A stretch of 64,000 bases of DNA from a virus (IMGVR_UViG_3300002460_000025:7621-71620); one strand, 5' to 3'; positions 9,520 to 19,872 are shown, counted from the first letter of the stretch. The notes: generated by a model not told the origin, from the letters alone. Numbers and translations: made by a program.

Positions 9520-9693
9520 ATGCCCATCACTCGTGAACAACTCATCGAACGAATACACCTTCTCGACGCAGATATCGAAACGGCTAAGGCACAACTGCAC
9601 GCCTTTGATGGGGCTCGGCAAGAGGCATTTTACTGGTTGACACAGATGGTGGACTCTCAGGAGTCTCCATCTCTACCAGATAGCACATCGTAA
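9520..9693 (+). CDS. 57-aa coiled-coil protein, possible fibre chaperone (MPITREQLIERI...)
   Basis: Hand-translated; AGGAG RBS; follows a fibre-like gene. Confidence 0.6.
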   Translation: MPITREQLIERIHLLDADIETAKAQLHAFDGARQEAFYWLTQMVDSQESPSLPDSTS

Positions 9694-9744
9694 CACGAAG
9701 GGTGGGGGGCGGTTTGCGCCCCTCACATTTCAAAAGGAACTCAC

Positions 9745-10161
9745 ATGGGTGCAGGCGACTACCTCCACTGGCAATTCCAGAAAACCCGCAAGAATCGTGA
9801 TCTGTTCATGCTTGCGGCCACCGATGACCAGAGCGGTGTCTTGACGGTCAAGACGGCGAATCATCGGCTCTACATCCAAAAAATCAGCATCAATCCCACG
9901 ACGTACGCGGCCGTCACGTGGACGTTCCAGGATGATGCGAGTACTCCCGTTCCTATCGCACACATTTCTATTCCTGCGGCTGCCGTGGCGTTGCCATCGG
10001 AGAGTGGGAGTATTGTGTTTGATTTTGGTCCCACTGGTATTCCACTCACTCTTGGGAAGAACCTCGATCTGGAGGTGTCTGCGGCTGGTGCGGCAGGCGC
10101 GATTCACATTGAAGCGTATGAACAGCTAGAGGGCGCTGTCGCCGCAGCATCCACGAACTAA
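9745..10161 (+). CDS. Small beta-sandwich virion protein
   Basis: AAGGA RBS; alternating beta pattern. Confidence 0.6.
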   Translation: MGAGDYLHWQFQKTRKNRDLFMLAATDDQSGVLTVKTANHRLYIQKISINPTTYAAVTWTFQDDASTPVPIAHISIPAAAVALPSESGSIVFDFGPTGIPLTLGKNLDLEVSAAGAAGAIHIEAYEQLEGAVAAASTN

Positions 10162-10281
10162 GATGCTCCAGATTCACGAAGTCGGAGCCCCACTCACCTT
10201 CAACCAGGAAGACCTCATGATGGTGATGACCTCACCACATCTTCCTTTCTGGCATAGGATGGTCATTCGAGTTACAGCGAT

Positions 10282-10554
10282 ATGTCTTACACTTCTGGCC
10301 GTCTATTTGCTGGTGAAACAACGGGGATCACGACTTCTGCGGTCGCTGTGTCGACGACCACCACCTACATCCGAGAAGCCTTGATTCAAGCAGATCCTTC
10401 CAATACCACGAATGTCCTTGTTGGGAATTCGACGGCACAGGAAATCACCTTGACTCCAGGACAAGCCATCACGATTCCAATCATTTCCTTGTCCCTCATC
10501 TACGTGAAGATGGCGAGTGGGACGGGAATTGTCAACTGGCTCGGCAGAGATTAG
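10282..10554 (+). CDS. Small beta-rich virion protein (IQADPSNTTNVLVG)
   Basis: Typical small phage beta-sandwich composition. Confidence 0.6.
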   Translation: MSYTSGRLFAGETTGITTSAVAVSTTTTYIREALIQADPSNTTNVLVGNSTAQEITLTPGQAITIPIISLSLIYVKMASGTGIVNWLGRD

Positions 10555-10555
10555 C

Positions 10556-12244
10556 ATGTCGAGTATTGGTATCCACGGACAAGATCCGAATGCGGCCGGT
10601 GGTGGGACTGAAGTCACTGAGGATGATGCTGCCGTTGCCGATCCGAGTGGTGTTCATCTCATTGCCCGGAGACGAGATACCCTTGTCTCAGAAGTCGATA
10701 CTGATGCGGATGTGGTTGCAGTCAATGCGACCGCGAAGGGCGAAGTATACACTAAACACGTCGATCCCATCACGGCTGGTCAGATCAGTACACTCAACTC
10801 GACGTCTGTGCCATTGGTTGGTACAGGTACATTCACAGGAACGGCTGAAGATGTCAGTCGTTATGGATCAGTCACTGTCGAAATACAATCTGCATCGGCG
10901 ACCGCAAACTCATCAGCGACACTGTTTGTAGAGTTCTCGCCAGACGCGACAAATTGGGATGTCTCGATCTCAAACAAGATCGATGTAGGAACGACGAACA
11001 ATTTCATCTACCCGGTCATTGCACAATACGTCCGAGTACGTTTGGTCAATGGAAGTTTTGCCCAGACAGCCCTGCGATTACAGACCGCGTTCAAGGCTAC
11101 ATCGGCATCTGTCAGTCCGCGTGGGTACGGACCCGTCACCTTCTCAGCCGTCAATGATCGTCTCGATGTACCACTTGGACCCAATAGTGGTGCAGGGTTT
11201 GTCTATGATCCAGGGACATTCACGGGAACGATTTCTTGTGCGTGGAGCTACGATGGTGGGGTGAATTTCAGTCAGTGGTGTCCGTTTATCAATCCCCAAA
11301 CAGGGGGAATCTATAATCAAGCTGGTTATAGTGGGTCGGCGGACACGACCACGGTCCTCTTTCAAATCCTGCTTCCTGCTGGTGCCACACACGCGCGTGT
11401 CTTCTGTTCAGCATTTACTGGAGGGACGGCGGATATTACCGTTGTCACTGGAAACGTCCCGGCCTTCAGCCCCCTATCGTTTTGTGTGCAGAATGATTTC
11501 GTCACCCCAGAACCCTTATCTGGTCTCCAGATTGGTGGTTCCGTTGGTGCAAATAACGAATTCCATGCAGTACATGTCAACAATGATCATCCCGCGTTAT
11601 CTGCATATGGTTTAACGGTTCGCGAAGTCGGGCATTCAGGAGTCAATGGTTCCACGTCTGCGGGATCCCTCCAAATGTTTTACACAGGAGGACGTGATCC
11701 TGTCAACAACCTTCTTCGTGGGTTTGACATCAAAGATGCCGCAATCAGTGCCACTGGATGGAATGGCGTTATCTGCCGTCCCTATCCAACTCATGATGGT
11801 ACTCGTGCTGTACCGATGGCTGACGACTTCCTCCGTGCTCGGTGGGTCAGAGATGGAAAGCAACGTCTCCCTGCCGACACATTCAGCCTCGTTCATGAAC
11901 CTGGGGCAAATGCTCAGGCCACGATTACCAAAGCCGCTGCCGGAGCCGGTATACGGAACGTCTGCACGGCTATCATGGCGACCTTGGTATCAGACGGTAC
12001 GGCTGTCACGCCTGTTCAGGTGTATGTTCGTTTACGAGATGGCGCAACTGGTGCTGGAACTGTTCTCTGGACAGGAGCCTTGTCTCTCTCCGCAACGGGT
12101 GGTGTGAATGCTCCTCCAATCATGCTCTCTGATCTCTGGATTGAGGGAAGTCAGGATACTGCCATGACCTTCGAATTCAGTGCCGCAGCCGGAGCAAATA
12201 CTATCGAAACCGTCTCCATGAGTGGTGTGGTTTCAACGGAGTAA
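10556..12244 (+). CDS. Multidomain Gly/Ala/Thr-rich virion protein (fibre or decoration)
   Basis: Probable ATG at 10556 right after the upstream stop; several beta-sandwich-like modules. Confidence 0.65.
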   Translation: MSSIGIHGQDPNAAGGGTEVTEDDAAVADPSGVHLIARRRDTLVSEVDTDADVVAVNATAKGEVYTKHVDPITAGQISTLNSTSVPLVGTGTFTGTAEDVSRYGSVTVEIQSASATANSSATLFVEFSPDATNWDVSISNKIDVGTTNNFIYPVIAQYVRVRLVNGSFAQTALRLQTAFKATSASVSPRGYGPVTFSAVNDRLDVPLGPNSGAGFVYDPGTFTGTISCAWSYDGGVNFSQWCPFINPQTGGIYNQAGYSGSADTTTVLFQILLPAGATHARVFCSAFTGGTADITVVTGNVPAFSPLSFCVQNDFVTPEPLSGLQIGGSVGANNEFHAVHVNNDHPALSAYGLTVREVGHSGVNGSTSAGSLQMFYTGGRDPVNNLLRGFDIKDAAISATGWNGVICRPYPTHDGTRAVPMADDFLRARWVRDGKQRLPADTFSLVHEPGANAQATITKAAAGAGIRNVCTAIMATLVSDGTAVTPVQVYVRLRDGATGAGTVLWTGALSLSATGGVNAPPIMLSDLWIEGSQDTAMTFEFSAAAGANTIETVSMSGVVSTE

Positions 12245-12265
12245 CAATTTTCTTAAGGAGTCTAC

Positions 12266-12484
12266 ATGCCCGCATTTGAAGAAGTCAGTGATACCCCAAC
12301 TCCCGCATTCGTTGTTGTCGGGAAGCCTTCAGTTGGTGATGGATGGACAATCGTTCCAGGTGGTCTGTACGCAACAGAAGCTGAGGCAACGCAGGCCGCA
12401 CAGGCCGCAGTTGGTGATCCAGATAATTGGTACGCTACTCGTGTGTGCCTTCCAACGGGATCGTTGTTCCAGGACGTGAGCTAA
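12266..12484 (+). CDS. Hypothetical protein
   Basis: TAAGGAG RBS; followed by a hairpin. Confidence 0.6.
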   Translation: MPAFEEVSDTPTPAFVVVGKPSVGDGWTIVPGGLYATEAEATQAAQAAVGDPDNWYATRVCLPTGSLFQDVS

Positions 12485-12535
12485 CGTTTCATCGTAGGGG
12501 GAGGGGAGGAATCCCCTCTCTCCTTCTGACATTCA

Positions 12536-13252
12536 ATGGCAACACTTCTTTCATCCATCGAAACACAGGCTCGACGCCATCTCATCGAGACGACCGCCTC
12601 TTTCTGGTCCTCGGCTGAGATCATCGACATCGAAAATAAGGGGATCTTTGATCTCTGGCGTGACATCGTGAACTTGAAGGAGGAACATTTCCTCACGATC
12701 GACACCACGAATGTCTCCCTCGCCGCAGACACATCGACCCTGACGGGTGTTCCCGCTGATGTCCACAAGGTTTACCTGATCGAACCCCTCGATACGTCTC
12801 CAGACAGTGACAATCGGAACCTCGAATTCATCCCCAAGGACTACCATCACGTCCTCTTCAAGAATGCTCGCACGCGGGATCCAATTGACCCGAGCAACGA
12901 CACAATTTTCTATGCTCCCATAGGAGCAGGGGCTCCAACGGGTACAGGCTCCACGACGATCCAGGTCGCTCCACAAGTCAATGCTGCTGTCAGTTTGAGG
13001 TTCTGTTACGTCCCCGTCATCGCGGCACTCACGGCGTCTGGTACCGTCCCCATCCCTGGTGAGGCTGACAATGCCCTCATCGCATGGACGGTCGCGTTCG
13101 CCCGCGCGAAGGAACGAGAAGATCGATCTCCTGATCCGAGTTGGCTCGCCGTCTATGCGACGGAGAAAGCACATCTCTTGGAATCATTGGGTTTGAGGCA
13201 GTTGCAGGAGCCCAAGATTGTCGATGGACTGTTCGACGATTACTGGTCATAA
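12536..13252 (+). CDS. Head-tail adaptor (P22 gp4 / T7 gp11-like)
   Basis: N-terminal helical pattern (L..I...ARR.L.E...FWS.AEI...N.G) and C-terminal IP....ALI...A..AK; position in the operon. Confidence 0.7.
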   Translation: MATLLSSIETQARRHLIETTASFWSSAEIIDIENKGIFDLWRDIVNLKEEHFLTIDTTNVSLAADTSTLTGVPADVHKVYLIEPLDTSPDSDNRNLEFIPKDYHHVLFKNARTRDPIDPSNDTIFYAPIGAGAPTGTGSTTIQVAPQVNAAVSLRFCYVPVIAALTASGTVPIPGEADNALIAWTVAFARAKEREDRSPDPSWLAVYATEKAHLLESLGLRQLQEPKIVDGLFDDYWS

Positions 13253-13297
13253 CAGGAACGATCACGTGTCAGTACCACGTATTACTGAGTAATATCC

Positions 13298-13606
13298 ATG
13301 CCATTCCTTATTTCTTCTTCCTTTCCTTCCCCTCCAGCGAGTGCAGCGTCAACAACTGTGGCAACAAGTACCACATCTGCCGAACTCCTGGCAGCCAATG
13401 TCAATCGACGACAGTTTTTCGTCCACAACGATTCCAATAGCACACTCTTCGTGGCCTTCGCTGCCACAGCAACCTCCACCGCATTTGCCGTGAAGATTCC
13501 CAAGGATGGGTTGTGGGAGTCATTGACGGATGGGTATACAGGGGTGATTTCTGGGATTCTTTCTGGTGGTGCCGGGAATGCCCGTATCACTGAAGTCACA
13601 TCGTAA
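13298..13606 (+). CDS. Small beta-rich virion protein (LLAAN.NRR.FFVHNDS)
   Basis: Common phage small beta-sandwich pattern ending YTGVISGI...ARITE. Confidence 0.6.
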   Translation: MPFLISSSFPSPPASAASTTVATSTTSAELLAANVNRRQFFVHNDSNSTLFVAFAATATSTAFAVKIPKDGLWESLTDGYTGVISGILSGGAGNARITEVTS

Positions 13607-13615
13607 GGAACAGCC

Positions 13616-13912
13616 ATGGCTCAAAACGGCCTCGCGGCGATCATTGAATACAAACGGAAGCTGAAGGAAGCCCAGGATGCGGCCGAGGGGAAAACCCCCA
13701 AGGAAGCTCCTGCGGTGACTGGCCTCAAAGCGGCGGTTCCCAAGGAGAAGCCTGCTGAGAAGCCTGTCGAGAAGCCTGCTCCACCCAAGCCACCGGCCCC
13801 CTATGTTCCCATCAAAGACAAGACGGCTGAGGAGAAGGCACAGTTAGCCGAGGAGATGAAAGCTGAAATGGAACTCCGTGCCGCGAGGGCGAAAGCCAAG
13901 GCCAAGAAGTAA
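13616..13912 (+). CDS. Lys/Ala/Pro-rich low-complexity protein
   Basis: AAGGA RBS; EKP repeats; contains AVTGLKAA. Confidence 0.65.
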   Translation: MAQNGLAAIIEYKRKLKEAQDAAEGKTPKEAPAVTGLKAAVPKEKPAEKPVEKPAPPKPPAPYVPIKDKTAEEKAQLAEEMKAEMELRAARAKAKAKK

Positions 13913-13938
13913 CACATCTTGTGGAAAGGTACGTACAC

Positions 13939-15291
13939 GTGGGCGGGAAGATAGACGTCTATCACATCGGTCTTGGTGGGGTCAACCTCACGAAGTCGCC
14001 GATCCATCTTGATGATGCGGAACTGACTCAGGCACAAAATGCGGAGTTCGATTCCGATTCCAGAGAAGGGGGACTGCGGAAGCGTGGAGGGATCGATGAA
14101 TTCACTCCAACCGCATTGAATAGTGGTGCGTCCATCCTCGGGATGTCATATCTGCCGTTGCCCACGACCTATGTCTTGACTCTCTATGCATCGTTGGATA
14201 GTGGTGCGAACACGTGGTTGACATCCACCAATGGCACAACCTATACAGGCGTTACCACCCCTGCCCGTGCAGCGAGGATTGATGTCCGCACCACGCCAGT
14301 CTTACAGCCCTATGGACACCGCCGCATCACCACCTTCAACAACAAGTTGGTGTATCCGGGTGATGATTATGTTGTCTACCCAACACTGAACTTTACCAGT
14401 CCACCACTTCGTCTGTATGATGGAACGGACGATGTGGAGATTCTCCGGTTGCAGGTAGGCCCAGATGCGGCTGCCCTCGCTCTACCCTATTCGCTCCTGG
14501 ATTTCGTCAAAGTTGGAGGGACCCTCTACTTTACCGTCCATGAGCAGTTGGGAAGTACCAATGGAGGACGGGTATTGTCGATGGATCTCACGACTGGTAT
14601 CATCGCACAGGTCGGTGAGACGTTTGGTGGAACGAGCATCTCTCCCACGGCTGGTGCTCCCTATACCTTGGTCAGTCACCGTGGCGACATCTTCGTTGGT
14701 ATCAACGGGATCGCAGGTGCATCGGTTGGCAAGATTTACCGCATCACCCCCGGTGGGACCAACTCGTGGACTGCTGACGTGACCAATCTACAAGGCTACC
14801 CTATCTCGATGGCTGAGTTCCAAGGGGATCTCTATGTCGGGCTACAGGGCGATGCGGGTGAAAATGCTCTCGTCGTCAAACGTGCTGCCGCGACCGGAGC
14901 CTATACGACAAGTGACACGGGTTCAGGTGTGGTTGCTTTTTCTTACTATGGTCCGCTCATTGTGTTTGAGGATGAACTCTACACCCCGTTCATCTCTCCC
15001 GATCCGGTAGCCGCGTCAGTCGTCAGCACCATTCGGAAGTTTGATGGTACATCCTGGACAACGGATCTCGATATCAAGGGGACACTCACGCCATCTGGAG
15101 TGACAAACTTTGGAGTACATAAGGCGGGACAAGCGACCATCTTCAATGGCGATCTCTACATCGCCTTCGAAACAAATGTCGGAAGTGCCAATGGATTCAT
15201 CCTCAAGAAAGCCTCCGGAGGTGCGTGGTCGATTGCTGAAGATGGTATTGAAATCAGTGGGTATCTAGAAGTTCTCAACGTGCGAAGCTAA
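13939..15291 (+). CDS. Tail nozzle/stabilisation-like protein, N-terminal type, with beta-propeller
   Basis: GTG after GAAAGG. GGVN..SP..L...E...AQN...GGLRKRGG N-terminus like P22 gp10 / T7 gp12; propeller repeats (F.G.LY). Confidence 0.6.
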   Translation: MGGKIDVYHIGLGGVNLTKSPIHLDDAELTQAQNAEFDSDSREGGLRKRGGIDEFTPTALNSGASILGMSYLPLPTTYVLTLYASLDSGANTWLTSTNGTTYTGVTTPARAARIDVRTTPVLQPYGHRRITTFNNKLVYPGDDYVVYPTLNFTSPPLRLYDGTDDVEILRLQVGPDAAALALPYSLLDFVKVGGTLYFTVHEQLGSTNGGRVLSMDLTTGIIAQVGETFGGTSISPTAGAPYTLVSHRGDIFVGINGIAGASVGKIYRITPGGTNSWTADVTNLQGYPISMAEFQGDLYVGLQGDAGENALVVKRAAATGAYTTSDTGSGVVAFSYYGPLIVFEDELYTPFISPDPVAASVVSTIRKFDGTSWTTDLDIKGTLTPSGVTNFGVHKAGQATIFNGDLYIAFETNVGSANGFILKKASGGAWSIAEDGIEISGYLEVLNVRS

Positions 15292-15292
15292 T

Positions 15293-16906
15293 ATGTCATT
15301 CATTCTCGCACAAGCTGGAAATAAGCTCTACAAGGTTAATGTATCGACTGGTGTTGGGACAGAAATCACCCTCCCGACTGACGTGACACTGAGTACGACT
15401 CGTCTCCCTCGGTTTGCGGTACTTGGACAGTGGGTCGTGATGGTCAATAGTCCAAGTCGGAATCTCGTGATCGACCCGGAAGGGACATGCCGTGTGCTTG
15501 TTCCTCGCCCTCCGGTGAGTACTCCTGTCGTGAGTGGGTCAGGAACGGGCCTGACTGGTGATTATTCTGTTCGATGCTCCTTCACCATCACGGGACCTGA
15601 TGATGAGGTGCTGATCGAATCCCCCCTCTCACCCATCAGCAATACGTTTTCCGCGTCCAACCAGGGCCTCCTCTTGACAGGTGTCCCTATCTCAACGGAC
15701 GATGTGGATGGTGTGAGATTCTATCGCAATGCAGCCGGTGGGACGGTGTATTTCAGATGGATTGATAAAACTGGGAACGTTGGAGGCAACATCACCGACA
15801 ATATGCCCGATGCCTCCCTGAGTATTCTCCCATCCGATGAAGGGACACTCCTCACCCCTCCAGGGACCATTGAAGGGACCAGGATGCGGGATGTGGTCAG
15901 TTGGCAGAACCGGCTTTGGGGTCTTGATAGTGATATCAATCGACGTGATGTCGTCACCTACACGGAAGCAGGATCAACCTACAAGTGGGCCAACACGCTC
16001 ACGGCATCTCCTGCTGGTCAAGACGAATTCGGTGTGCTTGGCTTCCTCCCACGCAAGAACGAACTCGGTCTCGTCAAGAGGGACGGCATCTGGCAAGTCA
16101 CAGGTACGTCGTCGAGCAATTATCGTGTGGTCCAGATTGCTGGCGGAGATATTAGAACTCCAGGAGTCGGTGGATGTGTGGCGACCGCCTCCTGTATCGT
16201 CGTCAATAACACGGCCTACTGGCTTGGGAAGGACGGCATCTACGAGTGGGGCGATAATGGCATCAACAACATCTCTCGTGATCAAGTCGATCCCTGGTTC
16301 ACGACAGATACCTACTTCAATCGCGCCAGATTCCCCAATGCGTGGGCGACGTACAACGTCATCCAGGATACCATTTACTTCCACCTTGCCAATCTCGGGT
16401 CGAGTGTGGAGGATCGCTGGATTGGGTTCGATCGGAAGGCGCGTGCGTGGTTTGGTCCTCACAAGACGGATCTCATCACTCCAACCTGCTCCATTCTCGC
16501 TGAAGATGCCAACGATAATTCAACCCTCTACCTCGGTTCATCAGTCGGACACATTTACACGATGAATCGTGCAACGAGGACAGATGGTACCGCGACCGCG
16601 ATCGACTTTGATGTGATTGGGAAGTTCCATGACGCAAACGCCCCAGATATCGACCACTTTTGGGGAGAGTTGGCGATGCTCTCGCGAGTTGAATCTGGTG
16701 GGACGTTGACGATTACCCCGTATGTGGGTCGGCTGTCAGCATCCGCCGGAACCGCGATCTCGCACGACCTCACCACGGGCCGTCAGCGTCTCCGTCGTAT
16801 CGGAACTGGTGCCATGGCTCGCCTCCAGTTTGGTCAAGCCACGGCTGGACAGGATGTGACCCTCTTTGGCTACGAGATCCCATTCTTTGAACTCGGTCGA
16901 CGCTAA
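15293..16906 (+). CDS. Tail nozzle/stabilisation protein (gp10/gp12-like), main and C-terminal part
   Basis: WQNRLW, GCVA...YWLGKDGIY propeller blades and a gp10-like C-terminal beta domain. Confidence 0.7.
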   Translation: MSFILAQAGNKLYKVNVSTGVGTEITLPTDVTLSTTRLPRFAVLGQWVVMVNSPSRNLVIDPEGTCRVLVPRPPVSTPVVSGSGTGLTGDYSVRCSFTITGPDDEVLIESPLSPISNTFSASNQGLLLTGVPISTDDVDGVRFYRNAAGGTVYFRWIDKTGNVGGNITDNMPDASLSILPSDEGTLLTPPGTIEGTRMRDVVSWQNRLWGLDSDINRRDVVTYTEAGSTYKWANTLTASPAGQDEFGVLGFLPRKNELGLVKRDGIWQVTGTSSSNYRVVQIAGGDIRTPGVGGCVATASCIVVNNTAYWLGKDGIYEWGDNGINNISRDQVDPWFTTDTYFNRARFPNAWATYNVIQDTIYFHLANLGSSVEDRWIGFDRKARAWFGPHKTDLITPTCSILAEDANDNSTLYLGSSVGHIYTMNRATRTDGTATAIDFDVIGKFHDANAPDIDHFWGELAMLSRVESGGTLTITPYVGRLSASAGTAISHDLTTGRQRLRRIGTGAMARLQFGQATAGQDVTLFGYEIPFFELGRR

Positions 16907-18621
16907 TGGCAAGCATCGTTCGAGCAAAACCCCACACCCTCCGTGGTGAAGAATGGACATCCTACCAGATTGGTCTGCTGGAAGAGATGCTCGATGAACT
17001 CTACGCGGACCTGGACACGGTCGGGGCAGGGACTGGTCATAATCTTCTGTCTGGTCTCCACACAGACTCCGTCAAGGCAAGTGTCGAACGCGGGGATCTC
17101 ATCGTTGGACAACTGATTGGGACATCCACCACGGTGGCTTGGCAACGACTTGAGGTCGGTGCGGCAGCCCGGTATATCCGATCCGATGGGGCTGATGTCA
17201 GTTGGGCACAGATTAGTGAGACGGATATCCTTGATGGTTCCCTTCTCGCCAGAGTTGCAGATGCAGAAACCATCACGGGGGTCTGGACTCATAACGCCAA
17301 TCTCATTCTTGGCTCTGGGTTCTATCTCCGATCACCATCTAATGCATCGACTGGCGCACGTCTTATTGGACAACCCAGTGCCGGAGGTGCTGTGGATGTT
17401 GGAGATGCTATTGCGGCCAACAATACATCCGTTCGTATTTCTACGGTCGGTACAGTAAGATGGACACTATCAGGTGTTAACATTACAGCAACGTTACCAC
17501 GTCTCGGGCCTGTTGGATCTGCAAGCGCACCGACGTACACGGTATCTGGTGGGAGTAATACTGGAATGTACTTTCCCAGTACGACATCCATTGGCCTCAC
17601 GACAGGAGGTACACTGAGGGCCACGATCAATTCGAGTGGGCTTGGTGTTGGGGTGATCCCGACCAGTGGAATCACAGTTCTTGGTGCGGATTTCGACCCA
17701 TCGCTCATCATGACCGAGCGATCAAGTGTTGATGCGTCAGGTCCATGGTTTCGGGTCCTCAAATCTCGGAGCGGCGGATCGGCCAACGTCGCAGACAATC
17801 TCGGTCGCTATGGCATGGCAATGCGGAACAGTGCATCTGCTATTATCCCCGTTGTCGCGTTCTCTGGGTATGCCGACAATGTGACAGCCGGGACTGAGGC
17901 AGGCTACTTCACGATGGAAACGGTCACAGGTGGAAGCGGCCTGATCGAACGTCTCCGTATCGAGTCGGCTGGATCCGTCATCATCAACGAACCAGGAAAT
18001 GATATTGATGTTCGGATCGAGTCGGATACGAATGCCAACCACGTCTCGGTTGATGGTGGGTTGTTTGGTGGTGTGGGAGCCATCGCGTTCGGAGCCGCCG
18101 CCAGTGATGATGCCTTTGTCGTCATCAACGCCCCATCCTTCACCGCATCCGCCGCGACGACGACAGCAAAACTCGCCTTCAGAGCATCAGGGACAATTAC
18201 GGTTCCCCTCGGTGCGACGTCCTTGATTGCCACAGTCACCCTCGATGAACCCAACATCATCGCGACAGGAACAATCGATGATGCCTACACCCTCGTCATC
18301 AACAGCGCCCCAACGGAGGCCACGAGGAATGGAGCCTTCTGGGTTGCATCAGGGCTCTCTCGATTCGATGGACGTCTCCAGTTCGGTGGCACGACATCGA
18401 GCTTCCCTGGTCTCAAGCGGAACGGGACCATTCTTGAAACTCGACTCGCCGATGATAGTGCCTACGCCCAACACACGATGGAACTCCTCGCGATCACGGA
18501 TGGGATCACGGCCCCGGGAGCGACGAGTGGTCTTGCAAAAATCTACGTCGATACCGCTGATGGTGATCTCAAAGTCGTCTTCGGTGATGGCACCGTAGCA
18601 ACGATTGCACTCGATACCTAA
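16906..18621 (+). CDS. Tail fibre/spike
   Basis: 571 aa, Gly/Ser/Thr-rich; fibre motifs (SAPTYT..NTGMYFP, ERLRI.S.G, IYVDTADGDLKV). Confidence 0.75.
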   Translation: MASIVRAKPHTLRGEEWTSYQIGLLEEMLDELYADLDTVGAGTGHNLLSGLHTDSVKASVERGDLIVGQLIGTSTTVAWQRLEVGAAARYIRSDGADVSWAQISETDILDGSLLARVADAETITGVWTHNANLILGSGFYLRSPSNASTGARLIGQPSAGGAVDVGDAIAANNTSVRISTVGTVRWTLSGVNITATLPRLGPVGSASAPTYTVSGGSNTGMYFPSTTSIGLTTGGTLRATINSSGLGVGVIPTSGITVLGADFDPSLIMTERSSVDASGPWFRVLKSRSGGSANVADNLGRYGMAMRNSASAIIPVVAFSGYADNVTAGTEAGYFTMETVTGGSGLIERLRIESAGSVIINEPGNDIDVRIESDTNANHVSVDGGLFGGVGAIAFGAAASDDAFVVINAPSFTASAATTTAKLAFRASGTITVPLGATSLIATVTLDEPNIIATGTIDDAYTLVINSAPTEATRNGAFWVASGLSRFDGRLQFGGTTSSFPGLKRNGTILETRLADDSAYAQHTMELLAITDGITAPGATSGLAKIYVDTADGDLKVVFGDGTVATIALDT

Positions 18622-18622
18622 G

Positions 18623-18889
18623 ATGTCACTCAATTCCTGGCTACTCGCAGCCGCCATTGGCGCACAAGCGTTTGATATCACCACGACCACGATGGGACTT
18701 CAACGGGGGTGTGTGGAAACCGTGTGGCCGACCCAGAACCCTTGGATCATCGGAAGTATCAAAGGCACAGGTACGGTGGTCGTTTCTATCACCCTACGTG
18801 GTCGCCCAAAAACATTTCGTGCCGTCATGACTGGACTCACCGTCTCCGGTTTTGTTGGTGGAACCGTCAACCTTCAGTGTCTTCGCTAA
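18623..18889 (+). CDS. Small membrane protein (DUF5658-like)
   Basis: Hydrophobic helices with a D..TT..GL..G..E pattern. Confidence 0.5.
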   Translation: MSLNSWLLAAAIGAQAFDITTTTMGLQRGCVETVWPTQNPWIIGSIKGTGTVVVSITLRGRPKTFRAVMTGLTVSGFVGGTVNLQCLR

Positions 18890-18891
18890 CC

Positions 18892-19119
18892 ATGTCCAAC
18901 ATCCAACTTGACGAACTCTCGTATCTTCGTATCCGTGCAGCCCTCCAAGCCAAAGACATTTTTGAGTTGAGGATCAAAGAGGCCGGGAGTCAGATTACAT
19001 CTGCGATCAATGATGCCTTCATACAGGCAGGTCTTGATCCATCGAAGACCTATACGATCGATCCCGATCCCATCACACAGACGTGGTCGGCGACTGAAGT
19101 CGATTCACACAAGGAATAA
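18892..19119 (+). CDS. Hypothetical protein
   Basis: ATG 18892 just after the upstream stop. Confidence 0.55.
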   Translation: MSNIQLDELSYLRIRAALQAKDIFELRIKEAGSQITSAINDAFIQAGLDPSKTYTIDPDPITQTWSATEVDSHKE

Positions 19120-19122
19120 GTC

Positions 19123-19872
19123 ATGTCTACAGTTGATCCAGCCCGCCTCGAAGCCCTGATGGCGGCAAACGCAGCCGAGGAATCTCGTCGGCGAGATGCG
19201 GAACTGGCGAGGCAGGAACGGGTTCGACAAGAACGCCTGAATCGCCCCCAGGCAGCCGCGAATGTGGGACAGACACAAGCCAATACACAAGGGACACTTG
19301 GCGAAACTCGATATACGACCGATCCCTACGAGCGCACAGGTGTCTCTGGTTATGCCGGGTCTGGGAACATCACCGGCCAGGAATATGGAGCCCAACAACA
19401 GGAAATCCTTCAGTCACAATTGAACCAGGATCTCTGGAATCAACGCTTGAACGCGATTCAAGGGCTTGGTGGGGGGAGTGGGGGCGTGAGTCCAGGCGGA
19501 ATGGTCACGCATCCAGGCGCGGGCGTTGCAGGAAATGAACCGGCAGCGAGAGCCGCCGCATTCGCTCGTGCGAAGGAACAGGCTGGTCTGACAGCACAGT
19601 CAGCCCTCCAAGGACTTAGGGAATCCCTCGGGTCGAGAGGCATGCTTGGATCGACTGAGGAAGCCAGGGGGACGGGAGCCGTCATTGGCGGAGCAGGACA
19701 GGGACTGAATCAGTTCACTCGCGACCAGATGATTCTGGATCTCAACCGGGCGGCAGATATCTCTGATCAGGTGTATCAGGGTAATATCCAACAGCGTGGT
19801 CAGAACATTGGAGCACAGCAACAGGCCGTGCAGCAATTGTGGCAGTTGATGGGTTCGGGAAAGTTGTACTAA
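19123..19872 (+). CDS. Putative internal virion / DNA ejection protein
   Basis: Gln/Gly/Ala-rich; L.SRGM.GS and QQRGQNI motifs seen in podovirus pilot-like proteins. Confidence 0.6.
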   Translation: MSTVDPARLEALMAANAAEESRRRDAELARQERVRQERLNRPQAAANVGQTQANTQGTLGETRYTTDPYERTGVSGYAGSGNITGQEYGAQQQEILQSQLNQDLWNQRLNAIQGLGGGSGGVSPGGMVTHPGAGVAGNEPAARAAAFARAKEQAGLTAQSALQGLRESLGSRGMLGSTEEARGTGAVIGGAGQGLNQFTRDQMILDLNRAADISDQVYQGNIQQRGQNIGAQQQAVQQLWQLMGSGKLY

